The position numbers were made by a program, and so were the translations under genes. Shown one piece after another: positions 30,315-41,525 of a DNA stretch of 64,000 nucleotides. Where the stretch lies: the NCBI GenBank assembly GCA_963790475.1, contig CAWBOS010000015.1, positions 352,001 through 416,000 of the forward strand, in the 5' to 3' direction. Under the pieces are notes generated by a model. That model was not told where the DNA came from and did not search any database. It was given only the letters and a program-made list of their open reading frames with translations. Every line of letters begins with the position of its first letter. Position 1 is the first letter of the stretch. The stretch is from an uncultured delta proteobacterium (GTDB lineage: Bacteria > Desulfobacterota > RBG-13-43-22).

Positions 30315-30540
30315 TTAATCGTTTTGATAGGAAGAGTCAGCCACATGAACCAGACCACGCCCGAAATTCTCCCCCCGGAACAGACCGCAAAAAGCCCGGG
30401 GGGCGTTTGCTAAACCTTCAACAATGTGCTCGCGAACAACCAATTGTTTGTTCTTGATCCAATCCGCCATTGTCCGTCGCGCTTCATTAAAAAATTCCGC
30501 ATGATCCAGCACCACAAATCCGCGCATATCAAGTCGTTTA
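30315..30540 (-). pseudogene. C-terminal remnant of an NADP-dependent oxidoreductase (PTGR/CurA-like)
   Basis: KRLDMRGFVVLD...EHIVEGLANAPRAFCGLFRGENFG is the typical C-terminus; the N-terminal bulk is absent. Confidence 0.75.
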
Positions 30541-30595
30541 GCAGGGCATTCACCTATCTTAGGTTAGATTTTTTCCGGGTTTGCCTGCTACCAGA

Positions 30596-32951
30596 CTATT
30601 GAGTCGCCAGAGCGACCTTCATCTGCTGTTCCCCGGATATGACCTGATCCGCCCTGGCCGGCGCCAGGTCGATCTGAACCCAGTTTACCCGTCCGCTAAA
30701 ATGGTTGCCTGACACCCGAAAATCTGGACAGATGGGTCCCCCGGTTTTGTTGCCGACCATCAATCGGGCATCCCCCGCAAAAGCTACCGGAACGGTCCGT
30801 TCAATCCTTCCCTCGGCCACCTTCTTGGCATCGACGAAAAGCGTAACCATCCCCCCTTTGCCTATTCCACCACCGTCATAGGCGAACTCCATCCGGATCA
30901 GATGGCTGCCGGGAGTCAGCAGCCCCGGGTCCTGCACCGTGTAGAGCTCCATGCCGGCGCAATTATAGACATAGGTGAGCTTGCCGTCCTTCATGTAAAG
31001 CCCCCATCCGCCAAAATTGGCGCCTTCGGCAACGATTACTCCACGGACGCCGGCAGCAGGAACTTCAACTTCCGCCGTGACCGAATGGGTCCGGTTCTTA
31101 ACACTGACCACCGAGTGAACGTTCAAGGCGCTGCCCGGCAACAGGCGCTGAGAACGACCTTGAATCAGTCTGGGTCTTCCGGATATCCTGGGGCTGAATC
31201 GCTCTCCGCGCCGATCGTCTAAGGGCAGCACATTGTGGCGGGCGGCCTCTATCAACCACAACCTCTGCAGTTGGTGAAGTTTTTCCGGGTATTTCTTGGC
31301 CAGGTCCTCGGCCTGGGTCCAATCTTTCGTCGTATCGTAGAGTTCCCAGTTATCGTCATCGAAAGCCGGTGGTTTGGTTTGAACCCAGGGCAGACCATGC
31401 CTGGTCACCGCGGTCCAGCCTTTGTAATAGATCCCCCGGTTACCGAACATCTCGAAATATTGAACTTCATGTCGGTCCGGGGCTTCGCCCTCGTCGAAGG
31501 AATAGAGCATACTGACCCCTTCCAGGGGCTTCTGCTGAACGCCATCAACGGAGATCGGTTCAGGGATTCCGGCCGCCTCTAAAATGGTAGGGAATATATC
31601 GATGACATGATGGAATTGAGCGCGTATCTGCCCTTTGGCCTGAATCCCTTTGGGCCAATGCACCACCGTTCCATTGCGGGTGCCGCCCCAATGGGAAGCG
31701 ATCTGTTTGGTCCACTGATAGGGCGTGTCCATGGCATGGGCCCAGCCTACAGCGTAGTGATTGTAGGAGTCGGGCCCCCCTATATCCTCCAGACGCTTGA
31801 TCAAATACTCCGGGGTCTCTATGTCCTGCATATTATTGAAGTGGAGCATCTCAGAAAAAGTGCCGTTGAGACCGCCCTCTGCCGAAGCGCCGTTATCGCC
31901 GATGACGTAGTAGACCAGGGTGTTCTCTAAAGCCCCGAGCGCGGTGATCGCCTCCACCAGCCTGCCGATATGGAAGTCGGTGTATTCGAAAAAATCCCGC
32001 ATAGACTTCCATCTGACGGCGTAATACCGGTTTGAGTTCCTCCGGCATATCCTCCCAGGCCGGGATCTCGATCGGACGTTTGGTGAGTCGGGCTTCCGCA
32101 GGGATCACCCCCAGCTCTTTCTGCCGGACAAAGGTGCGCTCCCGCAGCTTATCCCAGCCGTCATCAAACTGCCCCCGGTACTTGTCAGCCCATTCCTTTG
32201 GAACGTGGTGAGGGGCATGGGTAGCCCCGGGTGCAAAGTAAATAAAAAAGGGTTTGTCCGGGGCCAGAGACTTCTGGGCATTGACCCACTGAATGGCTTT
32301 ATCGGTCATGTCGGCCATGAAGTGGTACTCGGGATCGTCGGAAGTGGCAACAGGCGTAATCCCATCGTATATTTCGGGATACCACTGGTTATTTTCTCCG
32401 GCCAGAAAGCCATAGAACTTTTCGAAGCCGTTGCCTGTGGGCCAATGTTCAAAGGGGCCGACCGGGCTGGTCTCCCAGACGGGCACTTCATGGCACTTAC
32501 CAAACTGGGCTGTCGAGTAACCGTTATACTTGAGGACCTTGGCGATACTGGCCGCCGTGTTGGGAATCGAGGAAGTCGAACCGGGGAGTGCGGTGGCCAT
32601 CTCGGTTATCCCGGCCATACCCACGCTATGGTGGTTGCGCCCGGTCAACAGCGCGGCACGGGTGGGAGAGCAAAGGGCGGTGGTATGAAAGCGGTTGTAC
32701 TTCAAGCCGCCGTCGGATAACTTCTCGGCGGTCGGTGTCTGACAGGGTCCGCCGAAGGCACTCGAAGCGCCAAAGCCGACATCGTCCAGAAGGATGATGA
32801 GCACGTTTGGCGCCCCCTCGGGTGGTCGAACCGATTCGATGGGTGGAAATTTCGCCTCCGGGTCCTTGGCATCATAAAGGACCGTCCCCTGGTACGGACG
32901 ATGAGGGATGGGCAGGATTGTGCGTTGAACAGCGTCGTGTTTGGTTGTCAT
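30596..32951 (-). pseudogene. Arylsulfatase with C-terminal beta-sandwich, split by a one-base frameshift (may be a sequencing error)
   Basis: PNVLIILLDDVGF, CSPTRAALLTG formylglycine motif, GKCH, THAPH, GDNG. Removing one T from the T6 run at 31989-31994 restores YAGFFEYTDFH. Confidence 0.9.
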
Positions 32952-33057
32952 TTTGACCTCCTATGTTCGAGAAACTCAGATAAAAATTTCCTGATAGATA
33001 ATGAGTGGCGAAGTACGATGACTCGGACATCCAAATTTCGGATCATGAGCTTTTCCG

Positions 33058-33630
33058 CTATTCAACAATGATATCCTCCAATGGACGTTTGGGCACATGA
33101 TGCACTCCCTTGCCGTCCCGCCAGTAATTGGTTTGGTTATCCTTACCGACGGTCTCCAGTACAACCTCTTCGTTCGGCTTGCCCAGAGCGATTACCAGGA
33201 GAACCGCATATTTTTCCGGAATTTGAATGGCCTCCCGCAGACCTTTTACATTAATGGCCCCCAGCATACATCCGCCAAGGCCTTTTTCAACGGCGCCGAG
33301 CAGGATACTCTGCGCGGCGATTCCATGGTCGACCCCGAAGGTCTCGCTGATCTCTTTGTCCCCGAGAATGATGATATAAGACGATGGCCGCTCCCCTACG
33401 GTAGGGCCGTCCCAGTCTTTAAGAGCCGCCGCCCAGAAAAGGTTGGGAAAGATTTTGGCGTTCTTTTCCCTTTCCCAGGAAAGGAGGTATTTAAGAGGCT
33501 GCCGGTTGGCCCCCGAGGCCGAACATCTGGCCAGGTCCACTAATTCCTTTAATGTTTCTTTTTCAATGGCTACCTCTTCCTGAAAACGGCGCCGACTCCT
33601 ATTCTTCAATACTAATTCTTTTATCATCAT
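33058..33630 (-). CDS. Nitroreductase family protein
   Basis: NRSRRRF, SASGANRQPL, DHGIAAQSILLGAVEKGLGGC. Confidence 0.92.
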   Translation of the reverse strand: MMIKELVLKNRSRRRFQEEVAIEKETLKELVDLARCSASGANRQPLKYLLSWEREKNAKIFPNLFWAAALKDWDGPTVGERPSSYIIILGDKEISETFGVDHGIAAQSILLGAVEKGLGGCMLGAINVKGLREAIQIPEKYAVLLVIALGKPNEEVVLETVGKDNQTNYWRDGKGVHHVPKRPLEDIIVE

Positions 33631-34126
33631 GCTCCTCCTTTAAACTTTTCTTTGGGAAAGATTTTATGAAAACAGATGGACGCCATTGAAGCACCCCAAC
33701 CGAGTCCATAGCAGTTGAAATTTTGACCTTAGGTCTTCTTTATCATAACCTTGATAATATTTCAGTTAAAAAGGAACAGATGTAATGGGCATTAAATTTT
33801 TCCAGGGAGACTGGGAATCCTTCTCCGATTTTTTATTTCCTTGACAACCCAAAAAGATTTTCCTAATAACTCTTCGATGAATTGGCACTGAATCATTATC
33901 CTTTGCCCCTCTCCCCTTCCTAACCCCCTCTGTGAGAGAAGAGTGTGGGAAAGACAATTTTCGTATTTTGTAGTGCCCGCAGGCACAAGTGGGTTTAAAT
34001 GGAAACCACCCAGAAAGAGCCTCTTAGAAATATATGAAAACAAAATCCATGCGCATGAAAGGCGATATGCCCGAAACCGGCTCAAGCTTCTCATGTCGAT
34101 TTACCGGTGATCCCAGAGGAATAGTT

Positions 34127-35770
34127 ATGTATTTTATTGGGAAATCCGGCAAACTATTTTCTTGGATATCTCTGCTCTTATTATGCACCGGTGTTTACGC
34201 AGGAGGCAAGGAGATGACCCTTCCGAACCCTGAAATATCAAAACCCATTAAGATCACCTCCGGTCTAATTACCGGCCAATCTGTGGAGAAGATGGAGGAC
34301 ATACAGGTCTATAAAGGCATTCCTTATGCCGCTCCACCGGTTGGACCGCTTCGCTGGAAACCCCCTCAGCCGGTCGGCCCCTGGGCAGGCGTTCGATCCT
34401 GTACCCAATATGGTCCCCCTTGCCCTCAAAGAAAACTGCCCCCGCCCTTTGACCGGGATTATGGGAAAACCAGTGAAGACTGCCTCTTCCTCAATGTCTG
34501 GAGCGGAGCGCGGGATCCGGATGAAAGACGTCCGGTTATGGTCTGGATCCATGGTGGAGGATTCTACGGAGGCAGCGCCTCCCAACCGGACTTCGACGGA
34601 AGGGTGCTGGCCCGGGAAGGGGTGGTGGTAGTCACCATCAATTATCGGCTCGGCGTCTTTGGCTTTTTGGCCCATCCGGAACTGACCAGCGAATCCGAAC
34701 ATCAGGTCTCCGGTAATTACGGGCTCCTGGACCAGATAGCCGCACTCAGTTGGGTAAAGGAAAATATCGCCGCCTTTGGTGGAGACCCGAATCGGGTCAC
34801 CATTTTCGGGGAATCCGGAGGCGCCAGGAGTGTCTGCTTTTTGATGGTTTCCCCTTTGGCCAAAGGTCTTTTCCATCGGGCCATTGTCCAGAGCGGTTCC
34901 CTCTACCGTGGAATCGGTCACCTGAAGAAATCCCATGACGGACTTCCTCCTATGGAAAAGGAAGGGCTGCGGATTGCCAAACAACTGGGCTGTAATACCC
35001 TCAAAGAACTTCGTCAGAAGAAGGCTGAAGAGATTATTCAGGCCCTGAATTCAACCACAGCTCCCCTGCTCTCTCCGCCCAACGATTTGTCCATACCCAA
35101 TGGGATTTTCATCTCCGGCCCGGTCATTGACGGTTGGGCAGTCCCTGAAGATCCGGTTAACCAGTTTGAAAATGGGAAACAGGCCGATGTCCCTCTGATT
35201 ATCGGGTCGAATCAGGATGAGGCCGGCCTGTTCCTCCGGGCCTTTCAGACCCCAGAAAAAACGCTGGCCTCCTCAGTTTCCCAATTCTTCCCCGGTCATG
35301 GAAAAGAGATCCTCAAACTCTATACAGAATATAAAGAGTTCCCGATGGCCCTGAACCGTTTCGCCACGGATGCGGTATGGACCAGACCCGCCCGGGCCAC
35401 GGCCAGGACCATGGAAAAAGTGCGCTCCAAAGTCTATCTGTACCAATTTACCCACCGCCGACTCGGGAGTCTGTACAACTTCGGGGCCTTTCATGGCGCC
35501 GAAATCCGATTCGTCTTTGGACATGACATCGGTGCCAATAATCCCTTTACCGAAATCGATCACCGGATTTCCAAAAGGATGAGAGCCTACTGGATAAACT
35601 TCGCGGCCACCGGAAATCCCAATGGACCTGGCCTGCCCAAATGGCCGGCTTACAGCCGGTCCACCGACAAAAGCCTGGAGATCGGCAGTGAAATTAAGGT
35701 CCAGACCCATCTTCGAAAGGACGCTTGTGACCTCTTTGACAAAATCGATAAAGAAATGAGAGGCGATTGA
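34127..35770 (+). CDS. Type-B carboxylesterase/lipase, probably exported
   Basis: GIPYAAPPVGPLRW, SEDCLFLNVW, WIHGGGF, GESGG, FHGAEI. Start is uncertain (34034-34127). Confidence 0.94.
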   Translation: MYFIGKSGKLFSWISLLLLCTGVYAGGKEMTLPNPEISKPIKITSGLITGQSVEKMEDIQVYKGIPYAAPPVGPLRWKPPQPVGPWAGVRSCTQYGPPCPQRKLPPPFDRDYGKTSEDCLFLNVWSGARDPDERRPVMVWIHGGGFYGGSASQPDFDGRVLAREGVVVVTINYRLGVFGFLAHPELTSESEHQVSGNYGLLDQIAALSWVKENIAAFGGDPNRVTIFGESGGARSVCFLMVSPLAKGLFHRAIVQSGSLYRGIGHLKKSHDGLPPMEKEGLRIAKQLGCNTLKELRQKKAEEIIQALNSTTAPLLSPPNDLSIPNGIFISGPVIDGWAVPEDPVNQFENGKQADVPLIIGSNQDEAGLFLRAFQTPEKTLASSVSQFFPGHGKEILKLYTEYKEFPMALNRFATDAVWTRPARATARTMEKVRSKVYLYQFTHRRLGSLYNFGAFHGAEIRFVFGHDIGANNPFTEIDHRISKRMRAYWINFAATGNPNGPGLPKWPAYSRSTDKSLEIGSEIKVQTHLRKDACDLFDKIDKEMRGD

Positions 35771-35813
35771 GAAAATGTTTGATTGCCATGAATATCACTA
35801 AGGGGTAAAAAGC

Positions 35814-36122
35814 ATGAGAAGACTGGAAAGAAAACCAACTCACCCGGGGAGAATTGTCAAAGAAGATTATTTAAAACCGCTATCCATAACGATCAATGAA
35901 TTGGCCTCAACCCTCGATGTTTCGAGAAAGACATTATCTAAAATTATAAACGAGAGAGGTTCGGTTACTCCTGATATGGCCCTTCGTTTATCCCGTGCCT
36001 TTGGGACTACCCCTGACCTCTGGCTTAACTTGCAGAAAAATTACGATTTGTGGCAGGCAGAAAACGCTTCCAAAGAATGGCAAAGGGTAAAACCGTTTTC
36101 TTCACAACTGCTTCACTCTTAA
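35814..36122 (+). CDS. higA: HigA family antitoxin (orphan)
   Basis: PTHPGRIVKEDYLKPL, VTPDMALRLSRAFGTTPDLWLNLQ. Confidence 0.92.
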   Translation: MRRLERKPTHPGRIVKEDYLKPLSITINELASTLDVSRKTLSKIINERGSVTPDMALRLSRAFGTTPDLWLNLQKNYDLWQAENASKEWQRVKPFSSQLLHS

Positions 36123-36375
36123 TAATAAAAAATCCGCCGGATCAGGTGATAACGAAGGGCCGTTATCCAAAATCCAAAAGATGGAAACGAAAAAGAGAAC
36201 TGAATGGATTGAACCCGTCCCCTCGATCTATTTCTGTATATCCTGAAAAATGATATGATATCCGTAAGGAATAAAGTCGACTGAAAATAAAGTCAATGAA
36301 AAGATTATTAGTTTTCTATAATGAGTTAAATGTGATCCGGTTTGGGGGAACGTTTTCGGGCAACTAATTTAATTA

Positions 36376-37520
36376 ACTGAAGTTTTGCATTTTTCAAACG
36401 CATAATTGTTCGAGGTAAGTATCGAGAATATTTTGTTTAAAGGAAATTTTCATATTTTTCAAAGTAACCGAGATTAATTCGATCAAAACGAATTTCCGTA
36501 CCTGAAAGGCCAGTAAACGGATAGAAAGATTTAAAGGTGTTTTTTTATCCCCAAGCCACTGGAAGACCTTGAGGACCGTCAAAACGAAATAAGCGATCAG
36601 GGATAAAGCGGCGTGACGCAGGATAGCCTGAAAGCAAATCACCGAAACCTAATCGGTGTTTAAGATCTTTGATCATCTGTTCGATCTTCCATCGTTTGGC
36701 ATAATAACAGAGCACATCCAAAGCAGAAAGATGGATAGTAGTCGAGATTAAAAATCGAGGGTTTTTTCGTTTCTCTTGAACAATAACCAGGGCCACTTTC
36801 CGAAGCCCTTTTTTTCACCCAGTACTTTTTTAATTTTCAGGGTTGTATTTTCCCCATAAAGGGGCAAAGTCAATTCGCGGTATAAAGACCGTTGGGCGGC
36901 TAATTTCTTGGCCTGAATCGATTTTCCCCCTACCAGGAGCGTCGCATTGGATTTAAGTTGCGAGATCATATGACACCCCTGTTGACGGCAAACTTTAGCC
37001 AAGTCTTTAGACCAAAACCAGGCATCGGCCAGAAGATAAACTTTACAGGGTACGGGGAATTGAAGTTTTCCCAAGATCTTTTTGACCATCGCCGTTTTGG
37101 TTTGAAACTGCCACATCCTTTGGTCCCTTTCGGATGATAGACGTCTTCCCAAAGGGGAAAGAGGAAGTCCTTATAAAGCAGAGCCGAAAGGACCCATTGA
37201 TGGCCAAAGATATTGGCCAAGTTATGGGCATGGTCTTTATGCCATCCGCACCCGGGGATCTTTTTTCCAGTCTTTGGGGACAGGGTATCATCGGCCAGGA
37301 TAAAAAGAACCGAGCCGGTTTTAATCTTAAGGGTGTAAAAAAACCGATCCACAGCCGCCCTAACCAGTTTCTCATGATCCCAGATATAATCAGCCAGAAA
37401 TCGAGTAAAACTGGAATGGGATCTCTCCCAGTAGATTGGATGCCCTAAGCAGTCTGAGTGTGACTGACTTTTGCCAGGACCGCCGGATTAATCGCCAGAG
37501 ATAAAAGCACCCATCGATTT
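36376..37520 (-). pseudogene. Degraded DDE transposase (IS701/IS4-like)
   Basis: Fragments in several frames: ILADDTLSPKTGKKIPG, FGHQWV, LLADAWF, YAKRWKIEQMIKDLK. Multiple frameshifts and stops; 5' end lost. Confidence 0.82.
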
Positions 37521-37573
37521 TTCAGACTCCGGACATAGGAGTTCCTACCGCTATTCCTAAGCTTAATCTTATT

Positions 37574-37602
37574 TTGACAAAAGGCAGACATTAGCCTATA
37601 TT
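37574..37602 (+). promoter_or_regulatory. Sigma-70 promoter of the TA pair
   Basis: TTGACA-17-TATATT ending 6 bp before the ATG, which suggests a leaderless transcript. Confidence 0.55.
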
Positions 37603-37608
37603 GTTAAC

Positions 37609-37878
37609 ATGAAATATCTAAATTGGAGTTATGATAAAAACGAATTATTAAAAGTTAAGCGAGGGATTTCCTTCGAGGAAATTGCTTTCTTAATCGAGTC
37701 AGGTAAAATGCTCGGTATTGAAGAAAATCCAAGACGACCGGATCAAAAAATATATATTCTGGAAGTTGAGGGTTACGCTGTTATTGTACCTTTTGTGGAA
37801 AATGATAATGAAATTTATCTTAAAACGGCCTTTCCGAGTCAGAAATATACCAAGCGTTATGGCTTAAAGGGGGAATAA
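37609..37878 (+). CDS. BrnT-like type II toxin
   Basis: WSYDKNELLKVKRGISFEEI...IYLKTAFPSQKYTK pattern. Confidence 0.82.
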   Translation: MKYLNWSYDKNELLKVKRGISFEEIAFLIESGKMLGIEENPRRPDQKIYILEVEGYAVIVPFVENDNEIYLKTAFPSQKYTKRYGLKGE

Positions 37879-38174
37879 TGAATAAAATAAAAAGGAAGGC
37901 ATTTGAACCGATTGATAAAGAAGAAAGAGATTTGATGGAGTCAATAGACAAGGACGAATGGAGTCCTGTTAAAAATATCAAGCAGGAAAAAGAAAAAGCC
38001 ATTATGGCAGCCCGAAACACTCTGAAAAAAGAAAAGCGAATCAATCTTCGTTTGTCTCAAAAAGATTATCATCAGATTCAGATAAAGGCTATAGAAGAAG
38101 GAATTCCATATCAAACATTTATTTCAAGTATTATTCATAAATATTTAAATGGTTCCCTGACTTCAAGAACATAG
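37878..38174 (+). CDS. RHH/CopG-like antitoxin
   Basis: RINLRLS...KAIEEGIPYQTFISSIIHKY; TAATG overlap with the toxin. Confidence 0.85.
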   Translation: MNKIKRKAFEPIDKEERDLMESIDKDEWSPVKNIKQEKEKAIMAARNTLKKEKRINLRLSQKDYHQIQIKAIEEGIPYQTFISSIIHKYLNGSLTSRT

Positions 38175-38180
38175 ATTGGA

Positions 38181-38236
38181 ACAGAACCTGTTATTCCACC
38201 AGACCGCTGATGCCTCCAGTGAATTCTACGTTATGT
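38181..38236 (+). other. Integron attC-like recombination site
   Basis: R'' ACAGAAC, 5-nt spacer, L'' ATTCCACC, variable core, L' AGTGAAT, 5-nt spacer, R' GTTATGT. 56 bp long with an extra base in L''. Confidence 0.7.
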
Positions 38237-38299
38237 CTGAAGAAGAAACCTGATGAATTCCTTAGCCATTAACCTACACCAATTAAGGGGAGAACTCTA

Positions 38300-38917
38300 A
38301 TGATTACCTATGAACTTCTGAGAATCAAAGATACCAATAGTAATGGCATCCTCAATATGATTAAAACAGTCAACACCCGAATTTTACCCGAGGCCAAGGC
38401 TCCAGGGTATTCGCTTTACGGAATCTTCTTCGGTCTTTTTGGCCTGGCCACCAACGAGCTTTATCTGATTGCCACGCGAGAAGATATCGGACCATCCTCA
38501 GATGGAACCACCCCTTTATCCAAACTGATTACAGAAAATAATTTCAGCCTCCGGGAGAGTTACCTGCTTACCCCAACCATAAGACCGACTGAGCACGCCA
38601 CACGCACCAAGGGCGGCATCTATGTCTTCCGCTGGTTTGATGTCTACAACCGCGATGTAGAGGAAATTGTCAAGCTGTCCGATGAGGCCTGGGTTTCGTT
38701 TGAAGGGGATTTCGACAGCGAGGTCCAAGGTTTATTTGCCGAACGGGATCACAGCCGGGAACAGGGCAAGATGCTTCTGCTCACCTGGTATCGGGGCCTC
38801 AGCGTTTGGGAAACCTCACGGAAGCCTTCGCCAGAGGCCAGGGAAAGATTTCTTAAACGACACAAATTGACCATTGAAACTATGGCCATCGCTACCCGTC
38901 TTTACCATACTCAATAG
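38300..38917 (+). CDS. Hypothetical protein, possibly a duplicated dimeric alpha/beta barrel (NIPSNAP-like)
   Basis: GGGGAG RBS; two similar halves (YGIFFG / VQGLFA); LLLTWY..LSVWETSR. Confidence 0.7.
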   Translation: MITYELLRIKDTNSNGILNMIKTVNTRILPEAKAPGYSLYGIFFGLFGLATNELYLIATREDIGPSSDGTTPLSKLITENNFSLRESYLLTPTIRPTEHATRTKGGIYVFRWFDVYNRDVEEIVKLSDEAWVSFEGDFDSEVQGLFAERDHSREQGKMLLLTWYRGLSVWETSRKPSPEARERFLKRHKLTIETMAIATRLYHTQ

Positions 38918-39338
38918 ACCGGAATACTAAAAGAGGGTTGATCCAGGTCACCTGATTTATTTTCTCTGAAAAAATTCGGGACAAAGTGTATTGGATTCGG
39001 ATTTCCGACCCATATGGTGCTCGACGTTATTAAGGCCATAGTCCGGGGGATATTGACTATGCGGATCTATCGAGTACAGAAAGGAAATCTTGCCGACCAT
39101 GCCTATCGCTGGCAGGATTTTTCAAGAATTCGTAGTATCCCGCCACCTGCAGGACTTCGCCTTTGAGGCCCTGGATCTGAAGCCTCCCCGGTTTGTAACA
39201 TCATGGTTTTGATATCAGAACATTGAATTAAAAAGGTATTTTTTTCTTGACAATACCTAAATTCGATATAAAAATAGCACAAATATTTCTTATGAGAATG
39301 AATTATAGGTATAAATAAGAAGGATCCGGAACCAAAGT

Positions 39339-40112
39339 ATGCTTGAGAAGGGACCTGTCAACCAAGGGAAACCATCCAAAGCCCTGTATCGAGTCCTGTC
39401 CGATCAACTCCAAGGATATATTCAGAGCGGGTATTGGAAGGTGGGGAATATTATCCCGACCGAGAGCCAAATCTGCGAACAGTTCTCAGTGAGCCGTTCC
39501 ACGGTCAGAAAAACTCTGGAGCACCTGACCCGGAACGGATATCTGGAACGGAGGGCGGGAAAAGGGACCTGGGCGGTGGATTATTACCAGGCGAAAGAAA
39601 TCTGGGTCGTCGACGGCATCAGCCTCCCTTACCCTTATCCGGATCTTATCCATGTGGAAATATTTTACCACGAAACCCTGGTCAATGACCGATCGAATCC
39701 CATTCTCGCCGCCTTTGAATCGGAAAAGGTTTTAAGCCGAGTTAAAATGACCCGCTGGCTCGAACAAACACCCATAACTTTAGTCCACAGTTACATGAGG
39801 CCTCCGGATGCCGAAAAAGTCCTTGCCGGGTTTAACCCTCAAACCGATATTTATTTATATCAAATACTCGAACGAATCACCGGAAGGACCGTTGATTTTG
39901 TAAAAGAAACCTATGAGGCCATTCTGGCAGTGGGTGAAATTGCAGACCGCCTGAAAATCCCCCCCGGGAGCCCTCTGATGTTCGCAAATCGACTGGTTAC
40001 GGACGAGCAAGGGGTACTTTTGCTGGGGGCAAGTGTTTATATGCGAACGGATATCCAGAAAATGGAAATGTCCCGTAAACGAACCATGACCCCTAAGAGG
40101 CTTCGCCCTTGA
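39339..40112 (+). CDS. GntR family regulator (HutC/UTRA type)
   Basis: IPTESQICEQFSVSRSTVRK...GKGT and a C-terminal UTRA-like domain. Confidence 0.92.
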   Translation: MLEKGPVNQGKPSKALYRVLSDQLQGYIQSGYWKVGNIIPTESQICEQFSVSRSTVRKTLEHLTRNGYLERRAGKGTWAVDYYQAKEIWVVDGISLPYPYPDLIHVEIFYHETLVNDRSNPILAAFESEKVLSRVKMTRWLEQTPITLVHSYMRPPDAEKVLAGFNPQTDIYLYQILERITGRTVDFVKETYEAILAVGEIADRLKIPPGSPLMFANRLVTDEQGVLLLGASVYMRTDIQKMEMSRKRTMTPKRLRP

Positions 40113-40197
40113 AGTTTTATGACAGGAAACCATTTAGAGATTCTTAATTTAAACCAGGCTGTTTGTCGGCCTGAATTTTTTGTTAGAGGAGGAAGAC

Positions 40198-41514
40198 ATG
40201 AACAAAAATAAATTTTTCAGGATAGGGTTTCCGATCCTGATGCTGGCGCTTTTTGTTTTTGGGTCTCTGGCCCAAGCTGCGGAATTCAACTGGCGTAAAT
40301 ATGAAGGCACAACGATCAGAGTCGTCCTATCCAAAAGCGCCTTTACCCCCATGGGCCAGGAATATATTAAGGAATTTGAAAAAAAGACCGGCATTAAGGT
40401 GATCGATGAAAATTACGGATCCGCACCATTGCGCCGCAAGCTGACCATGGAGCTGGCGGCCAAGAACAAGGACCTGGATGTCTTTGCGGGAATGATGAAG
40501 ACCAACCTGGAGTTTTACCGGGCCGGTTGGTTGTTCCCTTTGGATGATTTCCTGAAAAATCCGGCCTTGACCAGCCCTGACTATGACTATAATGATATTT
40601 TCCCCAAGGTGCGGTCCATTGTCGAGGGCAAGACCATCGGCATTACCACCAGCATGAATCCCCAGGTCCTGATGTATCGAAAGGACCTCTTTGAGAAGTA
40701 CAAGGTCAAAGTGCCTACCAATTGGAAGGAACTCGAGGAAGCAGCCAAGAAGCTGACCCTGGATACGGACGGCGATGGGAAAACGGACGTCTATGGCTGG
40801 ATTGCCAGGATGAATGAAGAAAACTCGGCGACTTTTTCCAATTTCCTTTGGTCAAATGGAGCCAGTTGGCTTGATAAAAAGAATAAGCCTGTCTTCAATT
40901 CCCCCAAGGCGGTTGAAGCCCTGAAATTTTATGGACATCTGCTCAAGGCCTATGGACCTCCGGGGGGCAGCACCCTCGGATGGCAGGAGGTCATCGGGGC
41001 CATGGCCCAGGGCAAAGCAGCCATGACTGTGGAAATATCCATTTTTGCCGACATGGTGCTCGAAAATCCCAAGCAATCTAAGGTCGCCGGCAAAATCGGT
41101 TACGCCTTTTTCCCGCCGGCCAAGCCGCAGTATCTGACCATGCTGCTGCCTACCAACTGCTACCACATCAGTGCCTATTCTCAGAAAAAAGAAGCCGCCT
41201 GGTTGTTCGTACAATTCATGACCGATAAAGCCCGTACCTTGCCTTACCAGCTTAAAATGTTGCCCACCTCCAGAAAATCGGCCTGGCTGGACCCCAAATT
41301 CAAGGCGGAGGATAAGTACCCCGAGTTGACCAAGATCCAGTACGAGGGCATCGAGCATGGGATCGTTGATTTTGAATTGACCATCCCCGCCTTTGACGAG
41401 GCCCGTCCATACCTGTCGCGGATGATATTCACCGCCTATGAAGGAGGGGATGTCCAGAAGGCGGCTAATGAGACCGTGAAACGGGTTGAAGAGATTATGA
41501 GGCAAACCAAATAA
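40198..41514 (+). CDS. CUT1 ABC transporter substrate-binding protein
   Basis: Signal peptide; LMYRKDLFEK..VPTNWKEL; KEAAWLFVQF. Confidence 0.92.
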   Translation: MNKNKFFRIGFPILMLALFVFGSLAQAAEFNWRKYEGTTIRVVLSKSAFTPMGQEYIKEFEKKTGIKVIDENYGSAPLRRKLTMELAAKNKDLDVFAGMMKTNLEFYRAGWLFPLDDFLKNPALTSPDYDYNDIFPKVRSIVEGKTIGITTSMNPQVLMYRKDLFEKYKVKVPTNWKELEEAAKKLTLDTDGDGKTDVYGWIARMNEENSATFSNFLWSNGASWLDKKNKPVFNSPKAVEALKFYGHLLKAYGPPGGSTLGWQEVIGAMAQGKAAMTVEISIFADMVLENPKQSKVAGKIGYAFFPPAKPQYLTMLLPTNCYHISAYSQKKEAAWLFVQFMTDKARTLPYQLKMLPTSRKSAWLDPKFKAEDKYPELTKIQYEGIEHGIVDFELTIPAFDEARPYLSRMIFTAYEGGDVQKAANETVKRVEEIMRQTK

Positions 41515-41525
41515 AACTCAGTTGA

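Noticed and set aside
36148-36167. GATAAC...GTTATC after higA as a second attC
   Set aside because: Only 20 bp, with no L boxes.
38940-39210. Possible gene remnant upstream of GntR
   Set aside because: Looks coding-like but is interrupted and matches no family I can name.
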